A stretch of 62,610 nt of DNA, counting the filler, from Sphacelaria rigidula (Eukaryota): the NCBI GenBank assembly GCA_964200075.2. It is 9 parts of 9 records of this genome, joined end to end, with 100 filler letters (N's around TTAATTAATTAA, not from the genome) between each part and the next. Parts side by side here need not be neighbours in the genome. Positions count along the whole stretch, not along the records: positions 34,842 to 41,709 come from CAXNAA020017675.1; positions 41,810 to 48,676 come from CAXNAA020017676.1; positions 48,777 to 55,643 come from CAXNAA020017677.1; 6 more parts are not named here. One strand, 5' to 3'. The notes beneath the pieces were generated by a model. That model was given only the letters and a program-made list of their open reading frames with translations. It did no database searches and was not told the origin of the DNA. Of the stretch, positions 40,972 to 54,076 are shown in pieces. Position 1 is the stretch's first letter; every line of letters begins with the position of its first letter. The translations under genes were made by a program, and so were the position numbers.

Positions 40972-42379
40972 TACGATGAAAATACGCCCCTAATTTACCT
41001 GGAGAGAGTGGATAATATATTATTTACCTGGAAATAGTGGATTATTATATTCTTTACCTGGAAATAGCTGATATTATATTCAAATGTACGAACACAGTCA
41101 GAATTCACGGGTATCGAATACCAAATACCCCATCAACCGAAGCGATGACAAGAAGAAATGATTTTAACGGTATCAGGGTTACCGATCTCACGATACTAAG
41201 TACTACTCCCTCTGACCTGTAAAATAAGGAAGGTTTGGACAAAATACGATCTAACGGGTCTACAGAACTCTTTTTCGGGGCATTTTTTTTTTGGTTCCGC
41301 CGCGCTGGCGCGCAGCGCGCAGAACCGTCGTCTTTTTCAAGGGTGAGGGAAAAAGTTGGTCCCACCGCAGCAGACGGCGCCCGCTTAACCCACCCCAAGT
41401 TTGAAGCCCCGGTCAAACGCCTTCTCATCTGCTGGTAGGGCATGTCCGCTGCTGACAGTGCCTCTCTGGGGCAGAAACGTAAGAGTTTCAACGTTTCGGA
41501 GGGAGAACAGCTAATTCGCCATCTTCTCGCCGGCAGCAAGGACGGGGTTCTGCGGCACTGGGTACAATCACGCCAGATTTTCGCCATTTCCCCGATCAGG
41601 GGATTGTAACGCACCATCCCCCCCCCCCCCCCCCCCCCACCCCCCCCCACCGCGCGGGCAAAAGCCGAGCGCCGCCTCGGGGGGGAGGAAACCCCAAACA
41701 ACAAACAACNNNNNNNNNNNNNNNNNNNNNNNNNNNNNNNNNNNNNNNNNNNNTTAATTAATTAANNNNNNNNNNNNNNNNNNNNNNNNNNNNNNNNNNN
41801 NNNNNNNNNCTGGTCCAAGGGGTATCCACGCAAGTTTTGCGCCATTCCCCGTGTCTGGGCTGCGTGTACCTGGGTTGCAATGCCGAAAACAAAGCCGAGG
41901 GATTGATTCGTACGATTCGAATCAACGATGCTAAAACCAAGTAATTTCCAGACAAATCATTGATTTGCCCCACCCTTGAAATGTTTACTGTAGTTGGTGA
42001 CGTTTCGGTCGGTCGTGACGGAGATTGTGATGTGAGTAGGAGCGATGTAAGTGCGGTTTGCGGCGGTTTCACTTAACACACAACGCGGGTGCGACGACGT
42101 TCTTGAGCCAATTGGGGCCCGCATTCCAGATAAAGCCTGTATGGATTCGGTTTCTTGGGAATGAAAAATACGCCAGTGTTTACGGTTACCAAGGTACCAC
42201 GCTCACTGAAGAGCCGTGCCATGTTACGCTGATTTAACTTTTTTTTTTTTACTTAGTCATCCCCCATGCTCCGTCTCGAGAGGGGTGCATGGTCAATGGT
42301 CAAATGACTAGAGCAAGCAACTAATGGGTACGCTCCCCCACACCCCGACACCCCCATCCCCAGTCAAAGTTGATGGAGC

Positions 42380-43090
42380 TGTATGGAAAAAAAGATGAAA
42401 GGGTAGGCTGGAATAAGGTGGGATACTGTAGCGAAGTCGATAAGTGTGGAAGGATATAGGCGGAATCGTGGAGATATTGTTGATCGGTGGATGGGGGGGA
42501 TACAAGACAACAGTAAGACACATAGCAGAAACGTGGGGAAAACAAGCGCGGAGACCGAAAGTGGACGAGGAAGAATACCTGAACGTATTCAGAGGGTTGA
42601 GAGAGGGGACATGGATGAAACATATGTGCACGGCCTGATGGACTCCGCGAAATGGTTGAAACTACGATTTCGGGATGGGGGACCTGGACCCGCCATAAAG
42701 AAGGAAGAGGTAAACCAGTGGTCGGTTGTAGGAGGAAGTAGATGCACGGAATCGCCCCTGTGGCAACGCAATGGCGAGCAGAAGAAGTGGTGGAATGTGT
42801 ACCATACATGGAGGAACGGGACGTGTTGGAGTTAGGTAATGTGAAAAGTAAACGAAGATGGCATGATTTCGTTTGGTACATTAGACAGTAGGGAGAAAAC
42901 GATCGCTATACTGGGAGATGGATGGTGGCTACAGACGGTGTAACAGGAAGGGAATAATATAAACAAAGGTCTTGTGTAATGAACGGAAAAAACGTAATGA
43001 GCGCCCAAATGTTGGAGGTGTATTTATCACGTCTCGGAAGGGATGCGTGGTAAATGGTGAGAATACTACGGTAAGAAGCAAATGAGTCCC
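42380..43090 (+). mobile_element. Decayed LINE ORF2 C-terminus and 3' end
   Basis: EEEYLNVFRGLREG, YVHGLMDSAKWLKLRFR, PCGNA remnant of a zinc knuckle; ends in the GGATGCGTGGT(C/A)AATGGT motif that recurs alone near 21255, 42290, 43530 and 43780. Confidence 0.6.
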
Positions 43091-43681
43091 CCCCCCCACC
43101 CCTTTCGAGCGTTGGCGTCGGTTGGCGATGACGCTGTATTACACGTCATGTACTGCGTGAGCTAGGCAACCAATTTACCATTTTTTTTCTGCGCGCATAG
43201 TTTTTTGTTGCGGCAATCATGGTGGTCAAGCTTGTTCGTATTGTGCGGAGTGGGAGAACCCGGAGTCCGCGCAAAGGAGATGATCATACTACGTGGTGTA
43301 TACATGGTCAGAGACCCATGCAATGTGTAACTCATTGCTGTCTCTGGAAGTAGCGATAATGGAAAATGAAGCAACTCATTATAGCCGGCCGAACAATCTT
43401 GGCAAGATGCAGATCACCCGTAGTGTGACTCGCCAAACACATCACGGCACTTCGTGCTTGGTGATCGATTGCGAATCTGGTCCGGCGAAAACCCGGCTTG
43501 CTCCGCCCCTCCCCTCCCATCAAGATGCGAGGTCAATGGTCATATGACTACGGCATGCAAGATCATGATTGCCCCCCCACCCCACACCCCGCACCCCGCC
43601 AAACCAACCGCCAACCCCACCACACAACNNNNNNNNNNTGCGGGGTCAATGGTTATAAGACTACTGCAGCAAAAAATATGT

Positions 43682-43735
<54 letters not shown>

Positions 43736-43936
43736 ACGAACCGGAGTGCTCCGTCCCGGCTTTGTTAGGATCCGAGGTCAATGGTCAGATGACAATGGCA
43801 TGCAGTATCATGAGTACTTCCCCCCCATCCGCCCCCCCCCCCTGACTAACATTCCCCCCTTCCCCGTGTGCGCTTTCATGTACATGCTGGCGCTGTGCTG
43901 TCCTTGGCCGTATGCCGGGGCGTGAAAACAACACAG

Positions 43937-46456
43937 GACATTCCAATTGGCCACGTCGAAACGTGCGCACATGAGCTCGCGGTACTCCTCGGTAGCTCCC
44001 CGCCGGATGGTGCCCTGCGATCCTCCCTTCGCGCGCTGCTTGTCGCTGAGACTCTCCGGGGTGGTGCAGGCTCAGGCGTCGCCGCTCAGGTGAGACACGT
44101 GGCCTCCATCATCGCAGCTGCCGCAGCGAGGGCTCGGCCGATCCCCGCACCTGTCACCCCGTCGCCGCGACACAAAACCTCTTCCATCGCCGCCACAACG
44201 TTCGATGATCGGGCGAGGGCGGAGACGGAGACGGAGACGGCTGGTGGGGTTGGTGGGTCGTCCTCTATTCCAACCACGGGATTTACGGCAGGGTTGGTGG
44301 CGCGCGCAGAGGGGGGGGATGCAAGTAACATCGCAGTAGCCGCCACTGATGGTGGCGGAGGCGGTCAGGGCGGACCAGATGCGGACGCCTGCTCGGTCGA
44401 CGGCGTCGACATGTCCCACCGCCCACCGTTGACGTCGCTGATCCGAGATGCCGAGGGCGCCGCGGCGTACACTCACGCGCTTGTCCACGTGACGCGGTCG
44501 AAGAGGAGGCAGCGGGAAGCGGCTGCCGTCGCCTTGGCTGGTGGATTGCAGGACTTCCACGCTCTATGGAGGGGAGGCGAGCGAGAGAAAGGGGAGGGTA
44601 CTGAAGAGGTACCATCCGCGGGGCCTGCGGCGCCGTCAAAGACAGCCATAATCGGTAATGATTGTAGTGGCACCAATCGGTGTAGCGGTGAGAACATGCG
44701 GTTAGTTGACACGAAAAAACACGGCACGCGGTCGCGACCGCGTCAGGAAGAGGAACCTGTGGGACCTCGATTAGCGCCTGCCCGTAACACCGCCGCCGCC
44801 GCTGAGGCAGTTGCCGCCGCTGCAACCGCCTTGTTGTCTTGCTCCACCCCCGTCGACTTGGGTGAACGTGAGGGATCGGAAGGGCGGTCGTCGTTGCCTA
44901 CCCCATTATCGCCATCGTCAACGTCATCATGTTCCCCGCAATCGCCCCCGCTGTCACAAGTTCAATTTTCCAGAACTCCACTTTGCCCGAAATTTACAGC
45001 GGTACCGGCGGCAACGTCGGCCGCTGGTCCGCCTACAGTTGTTGGCAGTCTTCCAGGAGCGCTCCCGTTTTCGTCGTCCGGGTATGCACTCCTGCTCCAT
45101 GCAAAAGCCATGGTGGGGCTAAAACGCGCACAGAGATGGGCCGAAGCGTGGCTGACTTTGCCGGAATGTTCGTCCGTTCATGGTTCATGGAGGTTTTCGC
45201 CGACCCTGGCGACGGCGATGATCGAGATGGTAGCGGAGAACCATAATGTTGCCGCTGCTGGAATCCCCAGTCCGTTGCCTTTCTCGGTCACGGGCGCGAC
45301 AGCCGCCGGTGGGCCCCACAGTACGGCGGTGGCACAAAGAAGGATCGGTGAAAAAATGGCGGGTATGTTAAGACCTATGCTGACGCTGACGCCTACGCGA
45401 GACATCGCTGGAGTACCAGCCGCCGCCGTCGCCGCCGTGTCTGGTGTCAGCACACAAAATGGTGGTGGTGACTGCGGAGCCAGGGACGCCAGTAAAAATG
45501 ACGCATCCCTGTCAGAGACGGGTGATGATGACGGTGGGGGGGCGGCAGCGGTGCGTCCGTTGTTCCGTTCGAGAGGCGGGGGGGCAGTGGGGGGTGCGCC
45601 GCCGGCACCGCGACCGCCACAGGGTGTCATTGCAGCAACATCTCACCATCACCGATGGGGCGTCAATGCGGCGGGTGAGCGCACCTCTTCCCCCTGGCAA
45701 CCCACCGCGCCTACCCTCGCCGCCCTTGGCGTGGAAATACCGCCTACACCCGGAGGAGTCAACCGCTTACAGCAGCAAGTCCAGGTCCCCGGTGCATCAC
45801 AGGTTGTTGTACCGCAAGTTGTTGTGCCCCAAGTCGCTACGGCGCAAGTAACACCACCGGAGCAGCAGCACCAACAGCCGGGTGCGATGCAGCACGCTGC
45901 CGCTGCCGCTGCCGCCGAGGCAACAGCAGCTGCAGCACGGGCAGCAGCGACAGCTGCTGGTTCAGTGCCCGTCGGCATGATGAATCCCTTCTGGGCTCAT
46001 GCCCATGTCTCTGCGGCAGCGGCAGCCGCTGCAACAGTGAGCGCGCAGCTACAGCAATGGAATAGAAGCGCCGCTGGTATTGCGGGGGGGGGAGTAGCTC
46101 CCATATTTTCACCTTATTCGGCAGGAGCTGGGGCGCCCGCGACACTGGCGCAGCCACCGCCCCCGCTGGCAGCTCCGGCGGCGGCGGCAGCGGCTATCTC
46201 TACGGCGAGTTCAACGACCGCCCCGGTGAATGCGCGGGTACCACCTGTGCCATCCTTGAGCATGGGGGTTACTGGCGCGGTTTGTGCAAATGCGTCAACC
46301 ATTCCTTCGGTTGCCGCGCTTCCCGTTTCAATGGGGTGTGCTGTAATTTCCACCCCTGCTCCCGTTCCTGCTGCTGCTACTACTACTGCTACTGCTAACG
46401 ATATAGGGAACGGCGGTGAGGGTGGAGAAGCCTCCGGCGGCCTCGTGTCTGCCTGA
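43937..46456 (+). CDS. Large terminal exon (~839 codons) of an unknown Ala/Pro/Gly-rich protein
   Basis: 2.5-kb stop-free GC-rich frame; CTAAC branch point ~43846 and ACACAG acceptor at 43936; TGA at 46454. Confidence 0.8.
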   Translation, partial: DIPIGHVETCAHELAVLLGSSPPDGALRSSLRALLVAETLRGGAGSGVAAQVRHVASIIAAAAARARPIPAPVTPSPRHKTSSIAATTFDDRARAETETETAGGVGGSSSIPTTGFTAGLVARAEGGDASNIAVAATDGGGGGQGGPDADACSVDGVDMSHRPPLTSLIRDAEGAAAYTHALVHVTRSKRRQREAAAVALAGGLQDFHALWRGGEREKGEGTEEVPSAGPAAPSKTAIIGNDCSGTNRCSGENMRLVDTKKHGTRSRPRQEEEPVGPRLAPARNTAAAAEAVAAAATALLSCSTPVDLGEREGSEGRSSLPTPLSPSSTSSCSPQSPPLSQVQFSRTPLCPKFTAVPAATSAAGPPTVVGSLPGALPFSSSGYALLLHAKAMVGLKRAQRWAEAWLTLPECSSVHGSWRFSPTLATAMIEMVAENHNVAAAGIPSPLPFSVTGATAAGGPHSTAVAQRRIGEKMAGMLRPMLTLTPTRDIAGVPAAAVAAVSGVSTQNGGGDCGARDASKNDASLSETGDDDGGGAAAVRPLFRSRGGGAVGGAPPAPRPPQGVIAATSHHHRWGVNAAGERTSSPWQPTAPTLAALGVEIPPTPGGVNRLQQQVQVPGASQVVVPQVVVPQVATAQVTPPEQQHQQPGAMQHAAAAAAAEATAAAARAAATAAGSVPVGMMNPFWAHAHVSAAAAAAATVSAQLQQWNRSAAGIAGGGVAPIFSPYSAGAGAPATLAQPPPPLAAPAAAAAAISTASSTTAPVNARVPPVPSLSMGVTGAVCANASTIPSVAALPVSMGCAVISTPAPVPAAATTTATANDIGNGGEGGEASGGLVSA

Positions 46457-47962
46457 CTCGGCGTCGGGTTGCGTTTCTTTGCTCGAAAGTTGTACCCTCG
46501 TTGTCATCATTGCCGTTGCGTTCTGAGAAATGAGTTTGTTGTGGGATTTGTATTGATGGGGTGTTCGTTGCCTGCTTTTGTCACTCCCTCTAGTGGGCTG
46601 GCTGTATCGAGGGGCGGGGGTGGGGGGGCATACACTGGTCGCAGCTGAGCAGATGGCCCTTGGCATGTCCATCCATGCGCCAACACCCTGTGATGTTTTC
46701 GTCATTGGGTGCTGTGTTTCATGGGCAATGATCGATCTCATCCATGTGAGTAGAGCCCTAATTGTATGCTTCCATTTTTCTCATGACAAAATATTTCGTC
46801 CCTAATAGCAAGCTGTAGAGTGTGCTGTGATTGGCGAGGTAGCCTATTCCTAGCGACAGATTTAGAGGGTGACTGAGGGAGCGGTAGAGACGGGAGTGGG
46901 GGGGGCGGGGGGAGGGAGGGTACTCATGATCTCGCATGCCGTAGTCGTAAGACCCATATGGCGGGGGGCTGAAGTTCTATGCTGCGACCCGGGAGGGGAA
47001 GGATACCTATTTGCCGCTAGGAGGGTGCCTAGTTTCTCGTCTTCTGTTTGTCATTTGTCCACGATAGGATGTTACCATTTTATCATTTTTGTTCTGTCAT
47101 GTAGACTTGCTACTGCAACGCTTTTGTACCCTTTACGTATTTACGTAGATGTAGTGCATATTATTTGTAGACCGTACGTTGTTAGCTGCTGGTTCCGATC
47201 GTCGCGTGGTTGTGTTTGACCATGTCTTCGTCGCAATGAAAAAACAATCCTGAAGATGTTTCTGCCGTAAGTCGTCTGCCCACAGAGACCGGTTTGGTTC
47301 GTAGCTTGAACACACAGCTGTACTCCCGCCCCCCCCCCCCCCCCCCCCCCCAAAGCGGTGCTTATTTCCAGCAGACGCAGACCTACTAGGGTCTGAAAAT
47401 CTCAACTGGCGTCACAAGAACTGACTGAAACTGATGCCTACACAGCAACAGAGCCCAAACAAACATGCAGGCACCCGCCGCAGAAGCACATGACGTCTGG
47501 CGCTAGTTTGTGCCCATCTGCCCTCTTTTATTTTATTTTAACGGCAATCCGTTCAGTTTCATGGGAGGGGCAAGGGCGCCTCTGTGCTTGCCAAAAACTA
47601 GTCATGCATAAAGCAGTTGTTGACATCTCGTTTGTTTTACTCGCCGCATGTCCGGCACGCGTCTTCTCTTCTTACCCAATTTTCAACAGGTTCCCCCTAA
47701 ACGAAGAGAATCCTCGTACCATACGCAGTTGATCAGTAGCTACGGCTCGAGCTATGAGTGTTGGTCTATCCGGGGGAAAGAGGGGGACCAGAAGTTCATG
47801 CGTGGCTTCGCGTAAGCGTGCAAGGTATTGTGGACACAACGATCTAACATTTCAAGACTCCCTTTTTTTTCCCGTCGGTCGACATATGCGACCAACAAAT
47901 TGTGTTGACCGTTTTTCTGGTTGGTCGCATTTTGGCGGCAAAAGCAACAATAGATTGGAATG

Positions 47963-48407
47963 CGGGATCTTACAAATTGGGGATGGATCTTTTGTTGGGG
48001 ATGAGAAACCCGAAGGATTAAAATCTTCGTATCCACACCAAATCTTCGAAATATGGTTCCATTTCTTCACCTACTGACAGCTATTGATTGACAAATGCTA
48101 CACGCCATAGAAATTTGGATTTCGATCACCGAAATGTTGGGGTCCTATTATAGGTGTAAAACTAATTTTGGGGAATTCCGGGTGTCCGAGCGGACGCCAA
48201 GATGGTTCCGGAATTGGTTTTTCACATTAGATCCCAACATTTCGGTCATTGAAATCCAAATTTCTATGGCGTGTAGCAGTTGTCAATATCTATCAGTAGG
48301 TGAAGAAATGAAACCATATTTCGAAGATTTAGTGTAGATACGAAGATTTTATTCCTCCGGGCTTCTCACCCCCAATAAAAGATCCATCCCCAATTCGTAA
48401 GATCCCG
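47963..48407. mobile_element. Foldback MITE (family A, copy 2)
   Basis: CGGGATCTTACAAATTGGGGATGGATC...GATCCATCCCCAATTCGTAAGATCCCG with ~190-bp arms. Confidence 0.8.
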
Positions 48408-48779
48408 TCTTTTGGGGAGAGCAGTATTTGAGGATGCTGGATCGATTTGTCGGTGAGTGTTCTTGCATATCACGTGTAGAATTTCTTGTCCCGAGGCGAA
48501 AAAGTGAGCCCCGCGTGGGGAAATTTGCACCAGGATTGCTCTGCATACAAGCGTACGATTTAGGTTTTCGACTCTATGCGGCTTTCGGTCGACGATGAAT
48601 CGCGGAATGAAACGTTCGCCGCTCCCCCCCCCCCCCCCCCCCCCCCAACACACATCAGAGGCAACAATAGAGAAGCNNNNNNNNNNNNNNNNNNNNNNNN
48701 NNNNNNNNNNNNNNNNNNNNTTAATTAATTAANNNNNNNNNNNNNNNNNNNNNNNNNNNNNNNNNNNNNNNNNNNNCTG

Positions 48780-49060
48780 AACCCCTTTCGCGGTGAAAAA
48801 ATATAAGGCAAGCACCGCAAAAGGAAGGTCGGGCATTAAAAACAAACAGAAAAAAAAGCTCCTGTGTTTACCTTCCTCCTGTGTGACCCCGGCTGCTGCA
48901 CCCACATATACCGAAAGGTGTAGACTGGTGCCCAGAATAAATGGGACAATAACACACACACCGCGAGTGTCTGGGTTCGTTTGACGCATCTAGGAGCCCT
49001 TTTTGTTGTGGAATCGAACCCCCTACCCTAGCCCACCCTAGCCTAGCATGGGTCACAAAA
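48780..49060 (-). mobile_element. Second SINE-like repeat
   Basis: B-box GGTTCGATTCC on the minus strand at ~49010-49020; body related to 28600-28700. Confidence 0.45.
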
Positions 49061-49533
49061 CCCGCGGAATGGAAGTTCCCGCCGTTTCCCTGGATAAAGT
49101 GTTGGTACAACACCGATATTCCCGCTGTCGCTGGAAATTATTTCGATAACCTTTGCATGAAGAAGAATGCCCAGGGCGAAGAAGTGAGGTAAAGGTGGTG
49201 ATGCATTTTTGGGGCCGTGAGTCATTCTACTATGCGTGGGTTAATCGACCAAGAGACAATCCCGTGCGTTTTTTTTTTCGCGTTTTGGATGTATACTGTT
49301 GGGATGTGTTGGAATCTACCAAGCCTTCCCTTTGCCCCGAAAAGTGGGCGACCTACATCTTGTGGATTGGGAAATAAGTGATCGATTCATCCATACTGGT
49401 TCCCAGGCTCGAGTGAAACGTGCGTCGTGCATCGTAGCGCGTGAATTTTAAGGATAGGTAGTTTGAAGATATGAGTTTCTGAAAAATTCTGAGAATCCGA
49501 AGCACCGAAAGTATCGTACCCGGTTTTGATCAC

Positions 49534-49547
49534 ATGTCGGGAAATAT
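49534..49547 (+). CDS. CDC48: Candidate first coding exon of CDC48
   Basis: ATGTCGGGAAATAT|GTAAGT, phase 2, compatible with the next exon. Confidence 0.45.
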
Positions 49548-49803
49548 GTAAGTCTTGCCTTTTTTTGTCTTCACTCGCGACTCAACACTGATTGGAGGAT
49601 ACTGTATTCAGGAATAAAGACTTGATTATGTTGCGTTATTTCTGTCCAATGTTTTCCGCTTCGCACGTTTGAGCCAACAGAAAGGTACAACGACCAAAAA
49701 TACAGACCCGCCAAACAATTCAAATCTCATCTTCTCTTGCCTCTTTTTTTTTTCTTTCCTCCCCGTGTTGAACTTCTGAACTGGAAAACAACTGAAATTG
49801 CAG

Positions 49804-49921
49804 AAAGAAGGGTGCGGGCGCGCCATCTGCGGAGCCCAGTAAGAAGCGGTCGCCGAACCGTATGGTGGTGGACGAAGCCACCTCTGACGACAACTCGGTG
49901 GTAGCCCTCTCCACAGCTAAG
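49804..49921 (+). CDS. CDC48: CDC48/p97/VCP exon
   Basis: KKGAGAPSAEPSKKRSPNRMVVDEATSDDNSVVALSTAK; TTGCAG / GTCAGT. Confidence 0.93.
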
Positions 49922-50424
49922 GTCAGTCAGTGGGAGATGGAGGAAACAAAGAGGTTGGTACGGATCCTTCCGAGGAGAAGCAGAGGGCAAACGAAATAAA
50001 ATACCCACGACAGTGGCGACGATACAAGAATAACGTTGTGGCAAATCACGGGCAGAATCAACCTTGTTGTGGAGGTTTCAGCAATGAGGCAATTTATTTG
50101 TTCTTTTCTCGTTCTCCCCAGTGGAATGAAATTCATTCATCATTTTACGGATTAGTTCCCAACAGTAGAATCTCCGGGGGAAAGTCTAGAGAGAAACTTT
50201 GATAATGGATGTTCGGAGAAATCTGTACTCAGTCTTAATTTGATCCATTGTGTCCTGCTTGAAAAATCCGCGTTCACATCTCCCAGGAGAGTTTTTGTCC
50301 CCAGAGAGTGGATAGTAAAATTAAACCGGTTATCCTGAGTGCGAGCGGTGGTCCACCTGTGAGTCGGCGTCATTTTTATTAGTCTATATTATTACTTTTT
50401 TATTTTATTTTATTTCATTTTATC

Positions 50425-50715
50425 TGTCGTCCTTTGAACCCCCCCCTTTCCTCGGGAAGAGTCCGTGGTCTCGGGTGGTCAACCCATCTTTCCCCAGTAC
50501 ACACCTTACGTTTTAGTCTCGCGTATTGGGTCAGCACTCCCGCACCGCGTCAAGTCACATCAAACAAACTCCGTCAACTATTTTGTTCACTCACGTTCTC
50601 ACGCTTTCCACGGTAGAAATCAGAGACCCCGAAGCCAAAATCCAACGCATCGGGGACCGAACCCTCGTTCTCTCCTCCCTATGGGCGGCAGTCGGACCAT
50701 TACACCACCGGGACG
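50425..50715 (-). mobile_element. tRNA-derived SINE S1 in a CDC48 intron
   Basis: Minus strand CCCGGTGGTGTAATGG (A box), GGTTCGGTCCC (B box), shared body. Confidence 0.75.
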
Positions 50716-52115
50716 CGGCCTTATTGAAGTGGATGGATAAATCACCACGGGCATTCACAGGATTGATGAGATCCGTACGGAAGGTAGATGTTTCTTATTT
50801 TCCGCACATGGCCTTCCGGAGTAGTCCCTGTGTAACGTTCATTGGGTGCCCCGCCATAGGCGGTGAATCGCCAGCTCGACATGACCGCACCATGCAGTGA
50901 TCTCGCACTAGTATGGTATAGTGTATAGTGCGATCACTTGATCTCGATGAAGTGTGCTGTCTCATCTGATCGTTCGTTTCTTATTTTTTTATTTCGAACG
51001 CCATCAGCAACATACCCCGAGCACTCGTGATTATCTTGCACTATCAAACATACCCTTCGATGATGACGATTCTCTGTGGGGGAGCCGGATACTGACCTCG
51101 CGGTAGTTGTCGGTGGGGGGTGTTTGTACAGCGTATCGTTTGAGTCGTGATTCTTGAAAACAGCAGAAAATGTCACCCTGGACAGGACATAATTTTGACC
51201 GAAAGTGCACTGCGCACAGCATCGCATTTAAATTCTATCACAAGGGACATGAGAAACATCGTTGTCGGGATGCCCTAACCCCAACCCTTTATTACCAAGA
51301 GACTCTTTTCGCCCATGTTTGTCAACTATTCAGGGTGTGGAAAGTGTACCACCAGCTGATGGTTGGTGGAGAGTCTGAAAATCGATCACAAGTGGAGGCG
51401 TGTTGTCCGTAAGGGTTGTCATACAAGGTACCTCGACACGCCACTGGGTGTATACAGACATGGTCCCTGGGGTAGCAAAAAGGGTATCACCCGCTAATGG
51501 CCCACAAGTGTACAGTAGGGAGGATCACTAAGCGTACCTGTACACACGTCAATAGGTGGATACAGGTATGTGATGAAATATGCATCACTCGCTGATGTTG
51601 TCTTGGCGGGCGGTCGGGAGGTGGTGAAGATAGTGCAACAAGTGATGACTCCCTTCACAGCCAAGATCCCTGCTGCTATACACGCGTAGTACGTATCCCT
51701 GAGTCTTCTTGCTAACAAGTACGAAATAGTGAGGAAGGATGACATGAATGTTTCATGTTGTCCGGGTTTCCCCCTGATGCACTCAGCTGCCCTCTGCTGT
51801 GACGCGCAACCCACACAACTTTTACGGTTCAGACGAATCATCGCCGGTTCTCATCACCAAATCCACGATTTTTTCAGGCCTGCTTGCGCAAGAGGGAGAA
51901 AAAAGTTCACCGGTGGTTGAGAAAATTGCCACGCAACTTTTGCGCCATTCCACGTGCCTGGGCTGCGCTTACCTGGGCTGCAACGCTTACAAGAAAGCCC
52001 GAGCATTGATTCGTGCGGTACGAATCAACCACACTAGAATCGAGTAATTTACAGACGAATCATTGATTCCTCCACCCGTGTAATTTTTGTGTTTATTGCT
52101 GGATTCAACACATGA

Positions 52116-52286
<171 letters not shown>

Positions 52287-53421
52287 TGATGATGATGGTG
52301 ATGATCTACGATAAAGGGTGTCACCCTGGATGGTGTCGATAGAAGCTGCAAAATGCCTATACTTTACCACATTTCATGTCTATTCCATTTGTTGATAATC
52401 TTTTGACTAAGGCCTGCAGGTCGTCGAAACTAGCAGCTATTTATACTCGAATCTTGGTTATGGTGTGATTCTCTGGAATCAAGTCATTTCGGCTATTGCA
52501 CAGGATGTAGACCGCCGCACGTGTCCACCAGCCGTACTCAATCTCCGATACTGCAAGTTGATCGAGTACGGTACTGCTGTGAACACACCGAGGATATCCA
52601 GTACATTACCTGTACGAGAAACGTGACGAGGGCAGAAGTAAACTGGCCCGAATCTTCCTTATCCGCGGCAGGAATGGTTCTGATGTGCCAGAGTTTTTTC
52701 ACATCCATCTGAATATACTGTCTCTTTATTGCAGCTAGTCGGGCAGACTCAGCTCTATCGGAAGCTGCTTTTTTGCTAGCTTCGAGTACGGTACTGCTGT
52801 AAACACACCGAGGACATCCAGTACAGTACCTGTACGAGAAATAGATGAGGTGCAGAGAACTCTTGTTTTTTTATGTTTGGTTTTATGCTTCAGCTAGTAA
52901 TAAAACAAGTATCCTTGTTTGTTGTTCATACGTGGGTTCAAAGATTATGTATGAAGAATTTTGAGTGAAATGTACTATATATTCGGGTAGATTTTGCTTT
53001 CCTTAAAGAAAGGAGAAAAAAAGGTGAAGCTGTCGATGACTCCAGTATCCCAAGAAACACGGGAAGAAATTCACGAGTGCAAGCTAAATTACCGTTCAGT
53101 TCGGTTCCCGAGCTTATCACGTGGGGTCATGAGAAACTAAGATCTGTGTATCGTTTTGGAACTGCGGTCACCACGTCGCTGAACTTTGACACTGAAGGGG
53201 TGTACTCGAACCCGACACTAGTTTTCCGAGTAACGTATGGGTCAGTCTTGAATTGTTCTATTCCTTGAACCTTTTGAGAAACCTACCGTCACATTTTCGG
53301 GAACTGTTTTTTTTCATTTTTTTTCCTATTCCGTGAAAAGCAGGTAAGTCTGAAAAAACAGCCCGAGTAATGATGGCCCTTGATTGATTTTAATTTTTTT
53401 TTCCTCTTCATTTTTTTGTAA

Positions 53422-53562
<141 letters not shown>

Positions 53563-53821
53563 TGAGTGGATTTTGCACACGTCGGACACCTCATAAGCTA
53601 GGTACCGGAAATAACTAATCAAAGAGGGCTCTCAGATTCAATGTATGAGAGCACAAAACACGTGTCAGCAGTATTCGAGAAGTCAAAGCGTTACTTTCCC
53701 TCTACACCGCGTGCCAGACGTCCATCGATATCGGGGGCTATTACGGAAATACTGGTCGAATGAGCTTGCTCGTGATGCGGATCAGTGCTCTAATAACAAG
53801 TAATATCCAGGTAGCTCATGA

Positions 53822-54076
<255 letters not shown>

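Noticed and set aside
43868-43936. GTG start of the 862-aa ORF
   Set aside because: Lies between a branch point and an AG acceptor, so it is probably intronic.
50645-50715. tRNA gene (also 6350-6421)
   Set aside because: A/B boxes are present but no convincing cloverleaf, and each is attached to a repeated SINE body.
52563-52841. ~58-bp direct repeat in a CDC48 intron
   Set aside because: Local duplication with no TIR, coding or structural signal.
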